Source: Podarcis muralis
Taxonomy: Eukaryota
Assembly: GCF_964188315.1 (NCBI RefSeq)
Contig: NC_135655.1
Location: 74,338,001 to 74,402,000 of the forward strand
Length of the DNA: 64,000 bases
Direction: 5' to 3'
Shown here: positions 22,195 through 35,590 of the stretch, in pieces
Numbering within the stretch: the stretch's first letter is position 1
Layout of the letters: each line of letters starts with the position of its first letter
Position numbers and translations under genes: made by a program
The notes under the pieces: model-generated
The model's input: the letters and a program-made list of their open reading frames with translations, nothing else
Told to the model about the DNA's origin: nothing
The model's database searches: none

Positions 22195-22800
22195 TTTATT
22201 GTTTATGACTTCTGCTATGTTTGTAGTTATGTAAATCTTGTCATGTTGTAAGCCTCCTTGAGCATAGTTTCAACTATGGAAAGGCAGCATACAAATAAAA
22301 CGATGACGATGATCCTGTATTTATTTTGTTGTTTCTTATGAAATACTGCATTTTGACGTTTCCCCCCAACAAGCCAGCTTCAATCTGAATCGAGAAAACA
22401 CAACCTTGCTGCTTTTTAAGTCTGCAATGTGTACACAGCCTTTGTTACACAACGTATTCAAGGCTGTGTATTCCTCAATCAATGTTGTTTCCCAGCGTAC
22501 TAGTAATTAGTAGTTGGCTAGTATCCCGGCTAAGGTGTTCAAGCAGGAAGTTCAGCCGGGCCATTTATACCAGGGGTTTCAAGCGTTGCTCTTCTTGTGT
22601 AAGGAGAGCTTGCTGGAGTCAATCCCATACCAGTCATGCCTTGATGAGTCAACCTTGGACAGAAACTACACCTCTCAAGAGAGGATGAGAGAAGCCTGGC
22701 AAGCCTCAAGCAGCCCCTTTCTCTGTAATCTCCCCAAAACTGAAAACCAGAGCCAGAATTAGAGTAGCAGAGGGTAATTTAAAATATATATATTTCACAA

Positions 22801-23162
22801 GGGGACGCGGGTGGCGCTGTGGGTAAAACCTCAGTGCCTAGGACTTGCCGATCGCATGGTCAGCGGTTCGAATCCCCGCGGCGGGGTGCGCTCCCGTCGT
22901 TCGGTCCCAGCGCCTGCCAACCTAGCAGTTCGAAAGCACCCCCGAGTGCAAGTAGATAAATAGGGACCGCTTACCAGCGGGAAGGTAAACGGCATTCCGT
23001 GTGCTGCGCTGGCTCGCCAGATGCAGCTTGTCACGCTGGCCACGTGACCCGGAAGTGTCTGCGGACAGCGCTGGCTCCCGGCCTATAGAGTGAGATGAGC
23101 GCACAACCCTAGAGTCTGGCAAGACTGGCCCGTACGGGCAGGGTTACCTTTACCTTTACCTT
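22801..23162 (+). mobile_element. Sauria SINE, full length, CpG-rich (young)
   Basis: (ACCTTT)n tail; 12-bp TSD TATATTTCACAA (22789-22800 / 23163-23174). Confidence 0.92.
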
Positions 23163-24149
23163 TATATTTCACAATATTTATATACCACTTGATTGTAATA
23201 ATACCTCAAAGCCGTGCTGGTTTTATTGTAATGGTTGGTATGTTTTAAACAGATTTTATACGTGTATATAGTTTTAATTTTATCAATGTTTAATTGTTTT
23301 TTTAATGATTGATTTTTCTATGTTTTCAGCAGTTCTTGTTTTTATCTGTATGCTGCCTTGAGTCCCATCAGGAAACAAGGCAGGGTATAAAATGACATAA
23401 CAATAACAATAATATAATGTGGTTTACGAAAAGAAGAAAGCAGTAAAATTAACAGTAAAAAGCAGTTAAAACCAACCATTTAAAACATTTTAAAATACCG
23501 GTAATTGAAATTAGCGATAAACTAAACACCAGATTAAAACACATGTCTGGATATACTTTTCTAAACAAAAAAGTTTTAAAGAGGCACCAAAAAGAGCACG
23601 GTGAAGGTGTCTGTTTGATGACCATAGGCAGGGAGTTCCAAATGGGGGTGTTGTCACACTAAAAGATCAATTTCTTTAAAATGCAGAGCAAGTATTATGT
23701 GGCACCAACTGTCAAATTCCATAGGGTAGGTATGTATATTATAATATACTCTGAAAATCTTATCTTTTATCACACAATCATATTTATATAATCTACTACT
23801 TTCTCACAAAACTTAGTATAGGTAGAAACATGTGCTTAAAGAAGCATTGTTCTTATTACTTCAATAAATTCTAAATATTTTTTTTCTATTGTCTAAGTCG
23901 TAATTTAAGGTCCACTGACACCCTTGCTATAGAAGTGAAAATACTATCCCATCGTCTAGAGTCTAGGCAATATAGGAACCTCCAGTTCTTTATTTCATTC
24001 ATTTCTTAACATCTGGGTCTCCAGTGACAAAACAGGATTGAGAAGCACACCTAGGCTGAGAACCTGCTGCTTCAGGGAGATTGCAACCCCATCCAGGGTT
24101 GGAAACTGACCGATTTAGCTGACATAGCTCACCCACAACACCCTCATCT

Positions 24150-24900
24150 TGCCAGGATTCACACTCATCTTGTTTTTCCTCATCCATTTTACCGCTGTGC
24201 ACAGCCTCTCCTAATTCAGATGTTATAGAGAAGCAGAACCGGGTGTCATCTGTCACGGTCCGGATCACCAGCGATCAAAGTCCCAGCTGGGGATGTTGGG
24301 ACTGGGGGCAAGATGGCGGGGTGGGAGCAGGAACGGGAGTCCAGAAGCCCGGAGTCAGGAAGCCAAGAGTCCAACGGTCAGGAAGCAAGGAGTCACAAAG
24401 TCAGGGGTCCGAGGATCAAGAAGCAAGGAGCCAAACGCAGCAAGGCAGGGAATGTGTTGCTGTGGCAAAGAGCCGAAGGGAAATGCTGACCTTATATCCC
24501 TTCCCGGCTCTTGCCACCAGGTGCTGTGAGTTACCAATCGGCCTCACCTGTGCGGCCGCGCCTTGCTTCTTCAGAACAAACTTAGGAAGGCCCCAGTCCT
24601 GCAAAGTCCTACTGGTCACAGGGCCTGGCTCCTGCACGCACTCCTGACATCATCAGCATACTGACTGTACCATTGGAGTTAAGCATAACATAACCAGTCC
24701 CAACGCTACTCTCTGAACACTGTCCTGTAGGTAGGCTTGGCACCACTGTGACATGGTTCCCCCAAATTCCCACTCTCTGCAGATGTCCTCCATCAGAGCA
24801 GCCAAGGGCAACCAAGGGTGGCTCAGTCCCATGGCCAAGCCTGAACCCAGATTGGAATGGATCTAAACCATCTCCATCGTCCAAGAGTGTTTTACTCTCC
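24150..24900 (-). mobile_element. Decayed L2 RT fragment interrupted by a solo LTR
   Basis: Minus-strand peptides LDPFQSGFRLGHGTE, WCQAYLQDSVQRV and QYAD|DTRF across the LTR. Confidence 0.7.
24251..24649 (-). mobile_element. Solo LTR, 399 bp, probably Gypsy/Ty3
   Basis: TGTCA...TGACA termini, 5-bp TSD TCATC (24246-24250 / 24650-24654); TATAAG on the minus strand. Confidence 0.85.
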
Positions 24901-25455
24901 CGGGACACTGAGGAGCTGCTGCCAGTCAGAATAGGCAGCCTTAAGCTAGAGCAGAGGTGGGAAGCTGCCAGCCTGTGAGCCGAACCAGGCCCAGCATGGG
25001 TCTCAATTTGGCCCATGAGGGCAGTTCCCCAAAACCATGCCCACCTGATGGTTTTGTGACATAATAATAGTAATATTATAACACATGACTAGATCCTTTG
25101 TTATACCAGAAAATGTAAACACCAATCTTTGAGGGGACAGAATAGGTATTTATTAAAGGAGATTTTCATTAGCTCCCTGCTCAGAAGTTATACATGGTCA
25201 CAATTCCATGCAGAATTAAATCTAATTAAAAGCACCGATTTCAATGGACTTAAGCCTGTGTTGGATTATGGAGCCTACATTGGTGTTAGTAATAATTACG
25301 TCCATTATTTCCCAGCTTCTGGTCTTTGATCTTTCGTAAGAGAAAATTATAGGCCTTGTAACTTTATCCCAACTTGATGAAGGCCTCAGTTGATGAAGGC
25401 CTCCAATGTAGCAATATAAATATAAATAATATACATATAAATATACAGAAGTACC

Positions 25456-25591
25456 TGGGATAGCTCGGTTTGTAGAGCATGGGAATGTGGGTCAGGGTTG
25501 TGGGTTTGAGTCTCACATTGGGCAAGGGGTTGAGCTACCCTCGTGGGTCCTTTCCAACTCTACAATTCTATGACTTTACCCTATGATTCTA
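25456..25591 (+). mobile_element. Short SINE with tRNA head and CR1-type tail
   Basis: GGGATAGCTCGG...GGTTTGAGTC head; TTCCAACTCTACAATTCTATGA CR1 3' end. Confidence 0.65.
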
Positions 25592-27398
25592 CCCTGGGTA
25601 GGTCATAGGTTATTTTTAAGCCTTGTGTCTTAGGTTAGGTTGCAATCTCAGTTGTGGAATCATTGTACAGAAAAGGTGTGTATAAAAAGGCTGCTGGAGA
25701 AATATTCTCACTTCTTCATAATGTCTCAATGAATAACAGAATTTAATATCACATTGGCCTTTTGTGCCTCAACCTCACATATTGAAATGGCATTGCTGTT
25801 GTTTCATTATTGGGTGAAGATACACCTCTTTGCTCAGGCTTTTGGGAAAGGGTGAGGTACATTGGATCAGATTTGTACTGCTGTTGCTGTTTTAAGTGGA
25901 ATTTATGTTGGCTTATTTTAATATTATATTTAATATTATAGTCTAACTTTGATTTTTAATTCTATGTATTTTAGCCATGGGACTGTCAGGTAAAAGGTGA
26001 TCTATAAATATGGTAAATAAATAATTATTCTGCCATATTTACCTCTAACCACAGTCAGCAATGCTGGCATCCAGCCTCTTAGCTTTCATCTTACATTGAT
26101 TCCTTTGCACGGGTGAAACTCTTTGAACATACAACTTCTTCTGTGAAATCTGATTATGTTGAAAGTCAGTTCTATTCCTAGCGCAATAATACTGCTTTTA
26201 TCGGTGATAATTTTGAGCTTTTAGCACATTTTTAGTTTGTAGTCTCCAAGGATTTGGTTAGTGAATTGTTATGCAAATCAATAATTAAGTCCTAACCAAC
26301 AGCACTGTTCCCCCCCACACACACACACACACTCCTTGGCATCCTATAACCAACTTTCTTTTTGATACTTTTACTCTCTTCCATGAACTTGCTTTAAAAA
26401 AAAACCCATGATTAAATCCCCTTTAACATATTTGTTCCGATTACCAGAGTAAAAACACATGACCAAAATTGCATGGCAGCTCTTTAAGAAGCATGACACA
26501 GCAGAAGAAGAATAAAGAATGGAACATCATCACATCATCACGAGGAAGTTGGAAATGCTTAGATTCTGTTTCCGGCTGTTCTATGACTCTGCATTTTTAA
26601 CTGCAGATTTGCCAAAAATGCTCAACAGAGTGATAACTCTAGACTCTCATAAAAGTCTAACCCTTTTCACATAGCAAATATGGAGGAGAAAAATGTGGAG
26701 AAAAGAAATGGGATCATGCCATTAGGTCCCACACCCTGGCCTCTGTGGGATAACTGGGTCTTTTGCAAAAAAAATAATCCCAAGGTTTATTATACAGGTA
26801 GGCTTGGTTCTGTATCTGTAACCTCCCAGAATGAAAAGTGAAGATGGAGGTGTCAAAATGCATATGAGTGTTATTGTTGTTAGCCCACAATGGACAGAGA
26901 ACCAAAAGGATGGGACATAATCCAACCTCCAATCCCCAACTCTGTACCGCAGTATAAAACAATGTTCAAGAGTAAGCAAGGGATGTCAGAGGAGCCTCAG
27001 TCTCAGGGTCAAGTGAACCACGATATGGGAGGTCCAGGATCAGGATGTCCTGTGATTTATTTAAAAGTTAGCAGTAGCCATTGCAGGGATGGCAAATCAG
27101 TTCAGGGTAATAGTGCTGGTAAATGCTGTTATGCGCCTTTCCCCCATGCCATATTCCTGATTAGAATCACCCTTAACCTGCCCCATGTTGGAAAGCACAA
27201 AGGGAAAGAGGCCAAGCGTTTTAGGAAGAGTTGTCATTTATTTTCTGACATAAAACACTGGGATGGCTCAGTTGGCAGAACATGAGACTCTTAATCTGCA
27301 GTAATTAAATTTAAAATTTAATCAAAAGTGGGGCACCAGTCATTGACCCAGAGTATATCACCCATGCCTTTAATATTAACACAAACATAAGCATACTA

Positions 27399-27635
27399 CA
27401 GTGGTACCTCGGGTTAAGAACTTAATTTGTTCTGGAGGTCTGTTCTTAACCTGAAACTGTTCTTAACCTGAAGCACCACTTTAGCTAATGGGGCTTCCTG
27501 CTGCTGCTGCTGCTGCATGATTTCTGTTCTCATCCTGAAGCAAAGTTCTTAACCCAAGGTAATATTTCTGGATTAGCGGAGTCTGTAACCTGAAGCGTAT
27601 GTAACCTGAAGCGTATGTAACCCGAGGTACCACTG
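27399..27635. mobile_element. Tc1/mariner MITE (same family as 6693-6917)
   Basis: CAGTGGTACCTCGGG TIRs. Confidence 0.88.
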
Positions 27636-29660
27636 TGTTTCTAAGATATTTGTAGGAGCAGTGGTTTCACTCCTGCCATCCATCTTCTTACGAGCCTAGC
27701 AAGGACTTCACAAAACTCCACTGCTTTTTTATAGATAGTATACTAAGTAAGCAATCTAATTATGTTTATTCAGAAGTAAATCCCACTTAATTCAGTGGGT
27801 CTTACTCCCAGGTAAATGGGGCCAGGACTAAAGCCTAAATCCTGTAGTGTTGCCTCAGAAGTTCTCCGAATTTTGGGAAGTGGGGAGAGCATAACAAGAT
27901 TTATTCTTGAGTGATTAATCCTGAACAACCAAACACAAATGATCAGCATACCTTTGGGCAAGCCATGTAGGATGTAATTTTTTTTTAGAAAGAACCATCA
28001 GGTCTCAGTTTAAGAACAGCTGGGGTCATATCAGGATACACGGTCTGTAATTAAATATACGACTGGGGAATACAATTCCCTTGGAATAATATATATGGAA
28101 AGACATGTAAGTTAATGCGAGAAGAGGTGAATATGCAGGTGATACAATGGAGCCTAAACTACAGAGTGATTTTGTGGCAAAATGATCCATGAACTAGAAC
28201 CGTTTCAAATCCACCCTTTTAAAACTCCCCGTGTATTCCTGTTGAGGCAGTATCTAGAGCTCTGGCAGCTCTTTGAGAGCTGAGGAAGAAAGTGCATTGG
28301 CCCTGTTTCAGGGAGATGAGTGAAGCCCCTGAGAGCCTTAAAACTAGAATAATATGACTACATGCAATTTGAATTAATTTCGGACTTAATTAGAGTTGGG
28401 TGTTGCAAGCTTAAGTGCAGAAATGAGGGTATAACATGTGCAGACAAATGAGGGCATTGTTACATTCAGGGTGTGTGTGGCAATCCTTCCAGAAGTTCCT
28501 ACCTAGTGGCTTCCTGGAGATTACAGGAAAGGTGATCAAATGACATGCGGCCAAAGAGGACACTGTACTATATTTACAAACCTTCTGACTTCCCTACCGT
28601 CACATTGTCCCAAGGAATCTTAGGAATTGTAGATCTGTGAGATGAGGGGAGGGATCTTTAGCAAATGTGGGAGTGTCTCCATAGAAACTGCTTAGCTCCT
28701 AGCATTATTATTTTTTAGCAGTCATGGCTCTTGAACTCATTTAAAAGGTGTTTAATTTTGCAGCTTATACATCCATTCCTTCCTATACCCTATAATAAAC
28801 TTGTCCTGATCATGTTTCACCAGAAGGATGATGAAGTTCCCTTCTATATGCAAAGGCTAAGTGAAAACAGGCTTTTTTGCATACACGGCCTGTACCTAGT
28901 TAGCAAGCTGGTTGCATTTAACATCTTGTCGACTAGTGAGAAGAGTTTCATCATATTCTACACTGAATTTAACAAGAAGGAGAAGCAAGCAGGGGGACTC
29001 TAAAATTAACTTCACTATTCTTATATCTTTACTAACTGGATAAAAGAGAAAATTTCAGCAAGCGCTGCTTTTACATCCTTGCATGACAACAAGCTGACCC
29101 ACCAAAACTGCCCAACTATTCTGAACTCAGTCATGGTTCTTGCACCTGGTCACTCTAAATGAGACTGAGGTGCCTTCCTTGTGTTGTCTTAACTAGAGGA
29201 TGCTTCCAGAGAAGAGCATATTCTGAAATTCGTGCAAGTTTTCTCATGGTTGACATAAAAAAATAAACCAGCCCATATCATCTCCCATTTAACTTGGATT
29301 TCCCCTTCCTGCAAAAACAACAACAACCAAGAAGTAAAAATAACCCATTACACATCCAGGGTCACTGCCAACATGGAAGCTCATTAGCACATTTTTGCAG
29401 TGGGTGGTTTTACAGGTGTGTGGGGATATTTTGGTGGGTGGCCTCTATTACCACACCCCTACTTCCGTTTGCTCCTCACATGAGCACAACCTAGCCATTT
29501 TGCTTCTGGAAACCCCAGTGATGCAGTGTGCCAATGTTAACTAATTGCAGCATACTGAAGGCATGTCCAAATTTCAGCAACATAGTTCCCAGGAACTATT
29601 ATCTCAAGATCTCTCTGCACATTACATGTGGGGGATTCCCTCAGAGCCTGTATTTCTAGT

Positions 29661-30033
29661 GGGACGCGGGTGACCTAAATCACCGAGCCTCTTGGGCTTG
29701 CCGATTGGAAGGTCGGCGGTTTGAATCTGTGCAATAGGGTGAGCTCCCGTTGCTCTGCCCCAGCTCCTGCCAACCTAGCAGTTTCAAGGCACATGAGTGC
29801 CGGTAGATAAATAGGTACCACTGTGGCAGGAAAGTAAACAGTGTTTCCATGCGCTCTGGCTTTCACAGTGTTCTGTTGTGCCAGAAGTGGTTTAGTAATC
29901 TGGCCACATGACCCAGAAAGCTGTCTGCGGACAAACACCAGCTCCCTCAGCCTGAAAGAGAGAGGAGCACCACACCGCATAGTTGCCTTTGACTAGATTT
30001 AACCATCCATGGGTCATTTACCTTTACCTTTAC
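29661..30033 (+). mobile_element. Sauria SINE, diverged
   Basis: Head and ACCTTT tail; TSD TATTTCTAGT. Confidence 0.85.
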
Positions 30034-32541
30034 TGTATATTTCTAGTACATAAGTTGGGACTTTAAAATACCTCTTTAATACAAGATTTCCATGTGCAAG
30101 ATTTCCGTGTTAAAAACTGTGCAGTGGTATTTATTTATTTTTAAAGCAACACCAAATGGAAATGCATGCAAGCCCCACCCACCCTAAAATCTTATCATGA
30201 GCGCGTTGTGAATGAAATATGATAACTAAGGTCTGGTAGCATTTGTTATTGCATAATTTGGATGGGAAGTTTTAAGGTGCGCATACACAGGTACAAAAAT
30301 GCCTGTGTGTCTAGATGTGGAAAGGACAGCGAAGGGCCTGCAGCTTCTGCAGGAAGACATCTAGTTGTAATTTATAATTAGGTGGAACTTCACTAGCCAC
30401 CTTACAAAACACTCATTTGCTGATGCTTCTCAAAGAAGGTGAATAATGTGAATAATGTTCCCATATAGGCCACTTAGTGATTCTGTGGCTCAACAAAGAT
30501 TAGAACTCAGAATTTCCATGATCAATCCAAATGGTCTATCTGCGTGACTTAGAATCAGGTATAAATAGGACTGTGAGGAAGGAATTTGTTTCACAACACA
30601 GCTGTGGTTACTTTTAAATTTTAGTTTCTGGTAACAAGTTTTGACAATAGAATTTTCAAGCCGCTCTCTGGTATAGTATATCAGCATTACACAGGTGATG
30701 GCAGCTTGCATGCTGTCAAATGGGTAGACTGTGAGTAGTGTCAATAACATGTAGATGCCATCATGTCACATCATTGCAAAAGTGTGTCATTTATTTTGCC
30801 ATAGTAGAGCTTAGACGTTTCAGTCAGTCATTGGAGTCATATCATTACTGCATTGTAAAAACAACTACAGCTCAGCTGCAAGACATCCCCTGCAATGGAA
30901 ATACATTTATTTGGTGCTTTCTTTGAAAACAATCTCCAAACAAGAACATACTGTAATATCTATCTGTAACAGGATTCTGTAGTAAAACAACTGTTGAGCA
31001 ACATATTGAATTGGAGGAATAATTTGATGGAAACAACTGCTTGAACTGGTCAGTTATTGATGGAAAGGACTGCTTTAACTGGTCAGTTATTAAACAGGAA
31101 CATTATATTTCATAGCAAATGAAAGCAAAGCTTAATTGGAGATAGGGCTCAGTTCCACATATGGCCTTGGATTCAGATTTTCAGTGCTTGAATGTATGGG
31201 GTAATATTAAGAAGAGAGAGTTTGAGCATGTTTTGACTAACAGACCACACACCTAGGCTTAAGGGAGAGAGCTTCTAGGCCAGAGGGCTTCAGTCCTGAT
31301 ATGTTTTGTTTTGAAGAACCATGGAATTGGAAGAAGAGAGATGCTGAAGAAAGATAACAGTCAAGACCCCTCCACCTTTTCTTTCTTTTGCTGAATTTGG
31401 GTTCTGCATTAAAACTTTGGTGTACATGTTCAACAGCATTAAATTGCCTAGTAGCATCAACTCAATTTTATGTGCTGCTTCTTAACCTCACCCTGAAAAT
31501 CTATCGTGAGATCTATGTTGTGCCTTTAGCCGTACGATGGGGATAGCTAGCTGCTGCACATGTTGCTCAGCATTCCTACACGTGTCTCAGCTTGCTCTCT
31601 GCACAACTAATGTGTCTGTATGGCTGTGCAGTCTGCTTAATGGGATCTTTGTTCACAGGGAACTATAAACAGGTGACAACATTTCAAGGAGGAGCTTTTC
31701 TGTTAGCAGAAATCAGCGTAACTTCTTTAACGTACAAGCTGAAGAACTGATGGCTGGATTTTATTCTTTGCTTGCTGTTCTGCATTTCTTTCTCTCCACA
31801 CTTGATTTGATCAAAGAAAAAAAAAGTAAGAAAGATGAGAAGTGATTGTCTAGCACTTTTCCAAAAGCACAATGCGTTCACCTAAATTCATTGGCAGATG
31901 TGGTTTTGCTATAAAATGTTATTACCTGTATCTGGATTATCCACCTTCCTGACAGCTGCTTAACTTGCTGGAGGCAGCAGCATGCAGCTGGGATCCTGCA
32001 TGCTGGCCTAAGCTTTGTGACACACAACATTGATTCTACGCACTTGAAGTCCCTGGTGGGCTGCGTTGGAGGGAGTAACATATCTACAGACTTTGCTCAA
32101 GCTTGCTACTGTCACATAAACCAGCCCTGAATCCCTAGCGGTCCAAACTGCAGCTTGTTCTAGTCTCTCTTGGGTGCTCTCAGTATCTTGTTTTGTGCTA
32201 TCCATCTTGTACTATCAGTGCCTTTATCACAGATGTTTACAAGTGTCACAGCCAACTCACTTGGACACATGCAATAGAAAAGAACTAGTCTCTGCTCCGG
32301 TGTTTATTTTGCTCTGCTTTAAATGAACAAACCACTTCTGCCAAACAGGTGACAACAGCCCCATTGACAATGTGTGACACCCTGATGGTTGGTAATTCAG
32401 AAAGCCAAACTAATAATATTTTTAAAGCACGGTTTAAAATGAATATCCAGTTATGTTAATACAAGCTGGCACTAATAGAAGCTCTCCCCGGACTCTGAAT
32501 AGAAGGTACAGGAGGTGCAGGATTCTAAATTAATTCTTGAA

Positions 32542-32782
32542 CAGTGGTACCTCGGTTTTTAAGCATCTCGGAAGCCGAATGTTTCGGTTTTTGAACGCCA
32601 AAAACCCGGAAGTAATTGCTTCCGTTTTCGAACGTGCCTCAGAAGTTGAACTGTTTCCACTGCATGTTTTTCAGTTTTTCCAGTTGAACTTGCAGCCAGC
32701 CCTTTGTGCCTCAGTTTTTGAAAGTTTCAGAAGTCAAACAGTCTTCTGGAATGAATTACGTTCAAGAACCGAGGTACCACTG
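32542..32782. mobile_element. Tc1/mariner MITE, second internal subtype
   Basis: TIR CAGTGGTACCTCGGTT / AACCGAGGTACCACTG. Confidence 0.82.
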
Positions 32783-32784
32783 TA

Positions 32785-32996
32785 CAGTGGTACCCCAGGT
32801 TACAGACGCTTCAGGTTACAGACTCCACTAATCCAGAAATATTACCTTGGGTTAAGAACTTTGCTTCAGGATGAGAACAGAAATCGCACGGTGGCAGCAG
32901 CAGCAGCAGGAGGCCCCATTAGCTAAAGTTAAGAACAGTTTCAGGTTAAGTACGGACCTCCGGAACGAATTAAGTACGTAACCAGAGGTACCATTG
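32785..32996. mobile_element. Tc1/mariner MITE abutting the previous one (shared TA at 32783-32784)
   Basis: TIRs and internal GGTTACAGACGCTTCA repeats. Confidence 0.85.
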
Positions 32997-33690
32997 TATT
33001 AATTTACAAGACCCTTAACAACTTGGGTCCGGGATACGTTAAGATTCCTTATATCCCTGTTCAATCATTGAGGTCCTCAGGGGGAGGGTCATGATTAATG
33101 GTCCTGGTCCCCCCAAATGGCTTAGACACATAGCTTGTGCCAGCAGGAGCTGTGAACTTAATAACGTGGGCCCAGGTCTATAGATCAGGCACTTGGTGAA
33201 GACTTAAATAAATAAATAAATCAGCAGGCATTTTAAACTAGCTTCTCTGATATTATGGTTAATGATTTTAACTCTGTTGTATCCATTTCATAATCTCAGT
33301 GAACACCACTTGGCAACTACAGTACCACAAAGTGGACAACCTTTGGGGTGAGGGGGAATCACATGACAGGGCCAAAGGCAGAAGTGAATGGAGTAACTGA
33401 TGGAACTCTTGCCTTTTCTATAGTAGACTTCATTCTACATGCCCACACACTCATCCAGGCATGCAGGGGGCGGGGGTTATCACAGTTCCAAGGACATGTT
33501 ATTGACAGGCAAAAGCATTCAAGTAGGATACAGAACAGAACTGTTGAGGTGGGGAGAGTGACTTGGAGAGAGTCCCAGCAAAGAGGACTGGGGAACCACT
33601 TTTGGTCCATGACCCAGAGGTTCCCCGCCACTGCATTAAACATCAGTTGGCTTCTATTAAAATTGATCCAGTCAACACATCAGGCATAGC

Positions 33691-33779
33691 CATAGCTGTC
33701 AACTTTCCCCTTTTCTTGCGATGAATCCTATTCAGAATAAGGGAATTTCCCTTAAAAAAGGGAAACGTTGACAGCTATG
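33691..33779. mobile_element. 89-bp miniature element with 8-bp TSD (hAT-type footprint)
   Basis: Perfect 13-bp TIR CATAGCTGTCAAC; TSD GGCATAGC (33683-33690 / 33780-33787). Confidence 0.8.
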
Positions 33780-35235
33780 GGCATAGCATATCCATCCTGT
33801 TGGCACCAGTTCTGCATATTAGCATAGCCTTCCCATTTGCTCTGGTGAAATAAATCTTTCTGACAGCACAGGAAACTCTGAAGAAAGAGCTCATCATTAT
33901 TCCTCAAACAATAGTCTTAATCTGAGTATCTGCTATGCAGATGGTCCCGCTCCCCTCCTTAATGGGCAGGTAAAATAGAGTCATCAAGAAGCATATGAAT
34001 GTAAATGTGCCGCCATGGGCCAGAGGATCAGTATTATCATCCTCAGCAGACAGATGAACAGGAGAATAGTTTTTAGCACAAAAGTCCGCTTTATCTGCTC
34101 ACAGTGTTGGCTATTCCACAAGTAGCAGCAAATGCAGCATCCTAATTTTAATTGCAACTGGAGTTAGGGAAGAGGAGACATTGCCAAACCTGGCATCCCT
34201 ATTTGTGTGTGTGTGTGTTTTGTTTTGCACCAAATAAAAATCTAGCATTTATTCAGATAGACCTTTGACAAACAGATTGTCCCAGGATCAAACTTGCTGA
34301 AATCACGAGTCTGGAAATTATTGTCTCTTTCCACACTCTGAAAAGGACTGTGTCACTTTTTGGCATCGCAGCTTAGAAAGACAAAAAAAAAAGCACATGG
34401 TTTACTCATTATAATTAATGATGGCGCCAAAGTTCATAATTAGTTTGGCATACAAATTTGTCCAACTCATAATACTTGGCTGTATTATTGTTTACAATAT
34501 TTTGTCCCCTATGCTAATATGTTTTAGCTGCTTGTGACTGCATATTCTAAATGTTTTTTATGATTCTGTTGTTGCTTTCATCCAGTCAGCCACCTTCAGG
34601 AAAACATACCTTTTTAAAAGTGGAGTATAAATAAACATCAAAAGAATGAATGAAATTACAAATCATCTGGTGAGAAGTTCTTCTCAAAAGGTTAAAAGAG
34701 ATTCTGCACATGTGCACTCAGTATTCAACAGAGTAGAGGTCCAAAGCCAGCTGCTTTGTAGTCACATGCCCAGAAATTATTTAATATTATTCCCTTATCG
34801 TTGATGTACCTCTCATTAGGTTGCATCTAAGGTCACCTTCACAATCAATATTTCATGTTTCCTCCTCTGCTGCCTGTAAAACTTCCTAAGAGAATCAGGA
34901 AAGGTCCTCTGAATGACCTAAAATTGGACAGAGAAATCTTCTATGAGAGGCTGCAATGTGCAGAGTGGGGGGCATATGGAATTGTGTGGAAACAGAGAAG
35001 GGGAAGGTCAGTTTTGTGAATGGCCTTTTGTTTGGAAACAACCCATTGATTGATGTGAAACTACATGAACCACGGAGTCAGCGGCCTTACAAGCACATGC
35101 ACAGACATCGGCCCCTTACTAGGAATGCAACTCTCACTGAATGTTGTGAACTCAGTGACCAAAACACCCAACCAAACCATCTTTTGTTTGAAATGTATTT
35201 TACTTATTTGGCTTTCTTATGATTGTCACTGGCAA

Positions 35236-35590
35236 ATAATCATAATAATCATAATTTATTATTTATACCCCGCCCATCTGGCTGGGCTTCCCCAGCCACT
35301 CTGGGCGGCTTCCCAAAAAATATTAAAATACCGTGATACATCAAACATTAAAAGCTTCCATAAACAGGGCTGCCTTCAGATGCCTTCTAAAAGTCTGGTA
35401 GCTGTTGTTCTCTTTGACATCTGGTGAGAGGGCATTCCACAGGGAGGGCGCCACTACCAAGAAGGCCTTCTGCCTGGTTCCCTGTAGCTTGGCTTCTCGC
35501 AGTGAGGGAACCGCCAGAAGGCCCTTGGTGCTGGACCTCAGCGTCCGGGTAGAATGATGGGGGTGGAGGTGCTCCTTCAGGTATACTGGA
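35236..35590 (-). mobile_element. L2 LINE 3' end
   Basis: Peptide RTLRSSTKGLLAVP...AFLVVAPSLWNAL...FRRHLKAALF; ATT-type tail. Confidence 0.82.
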
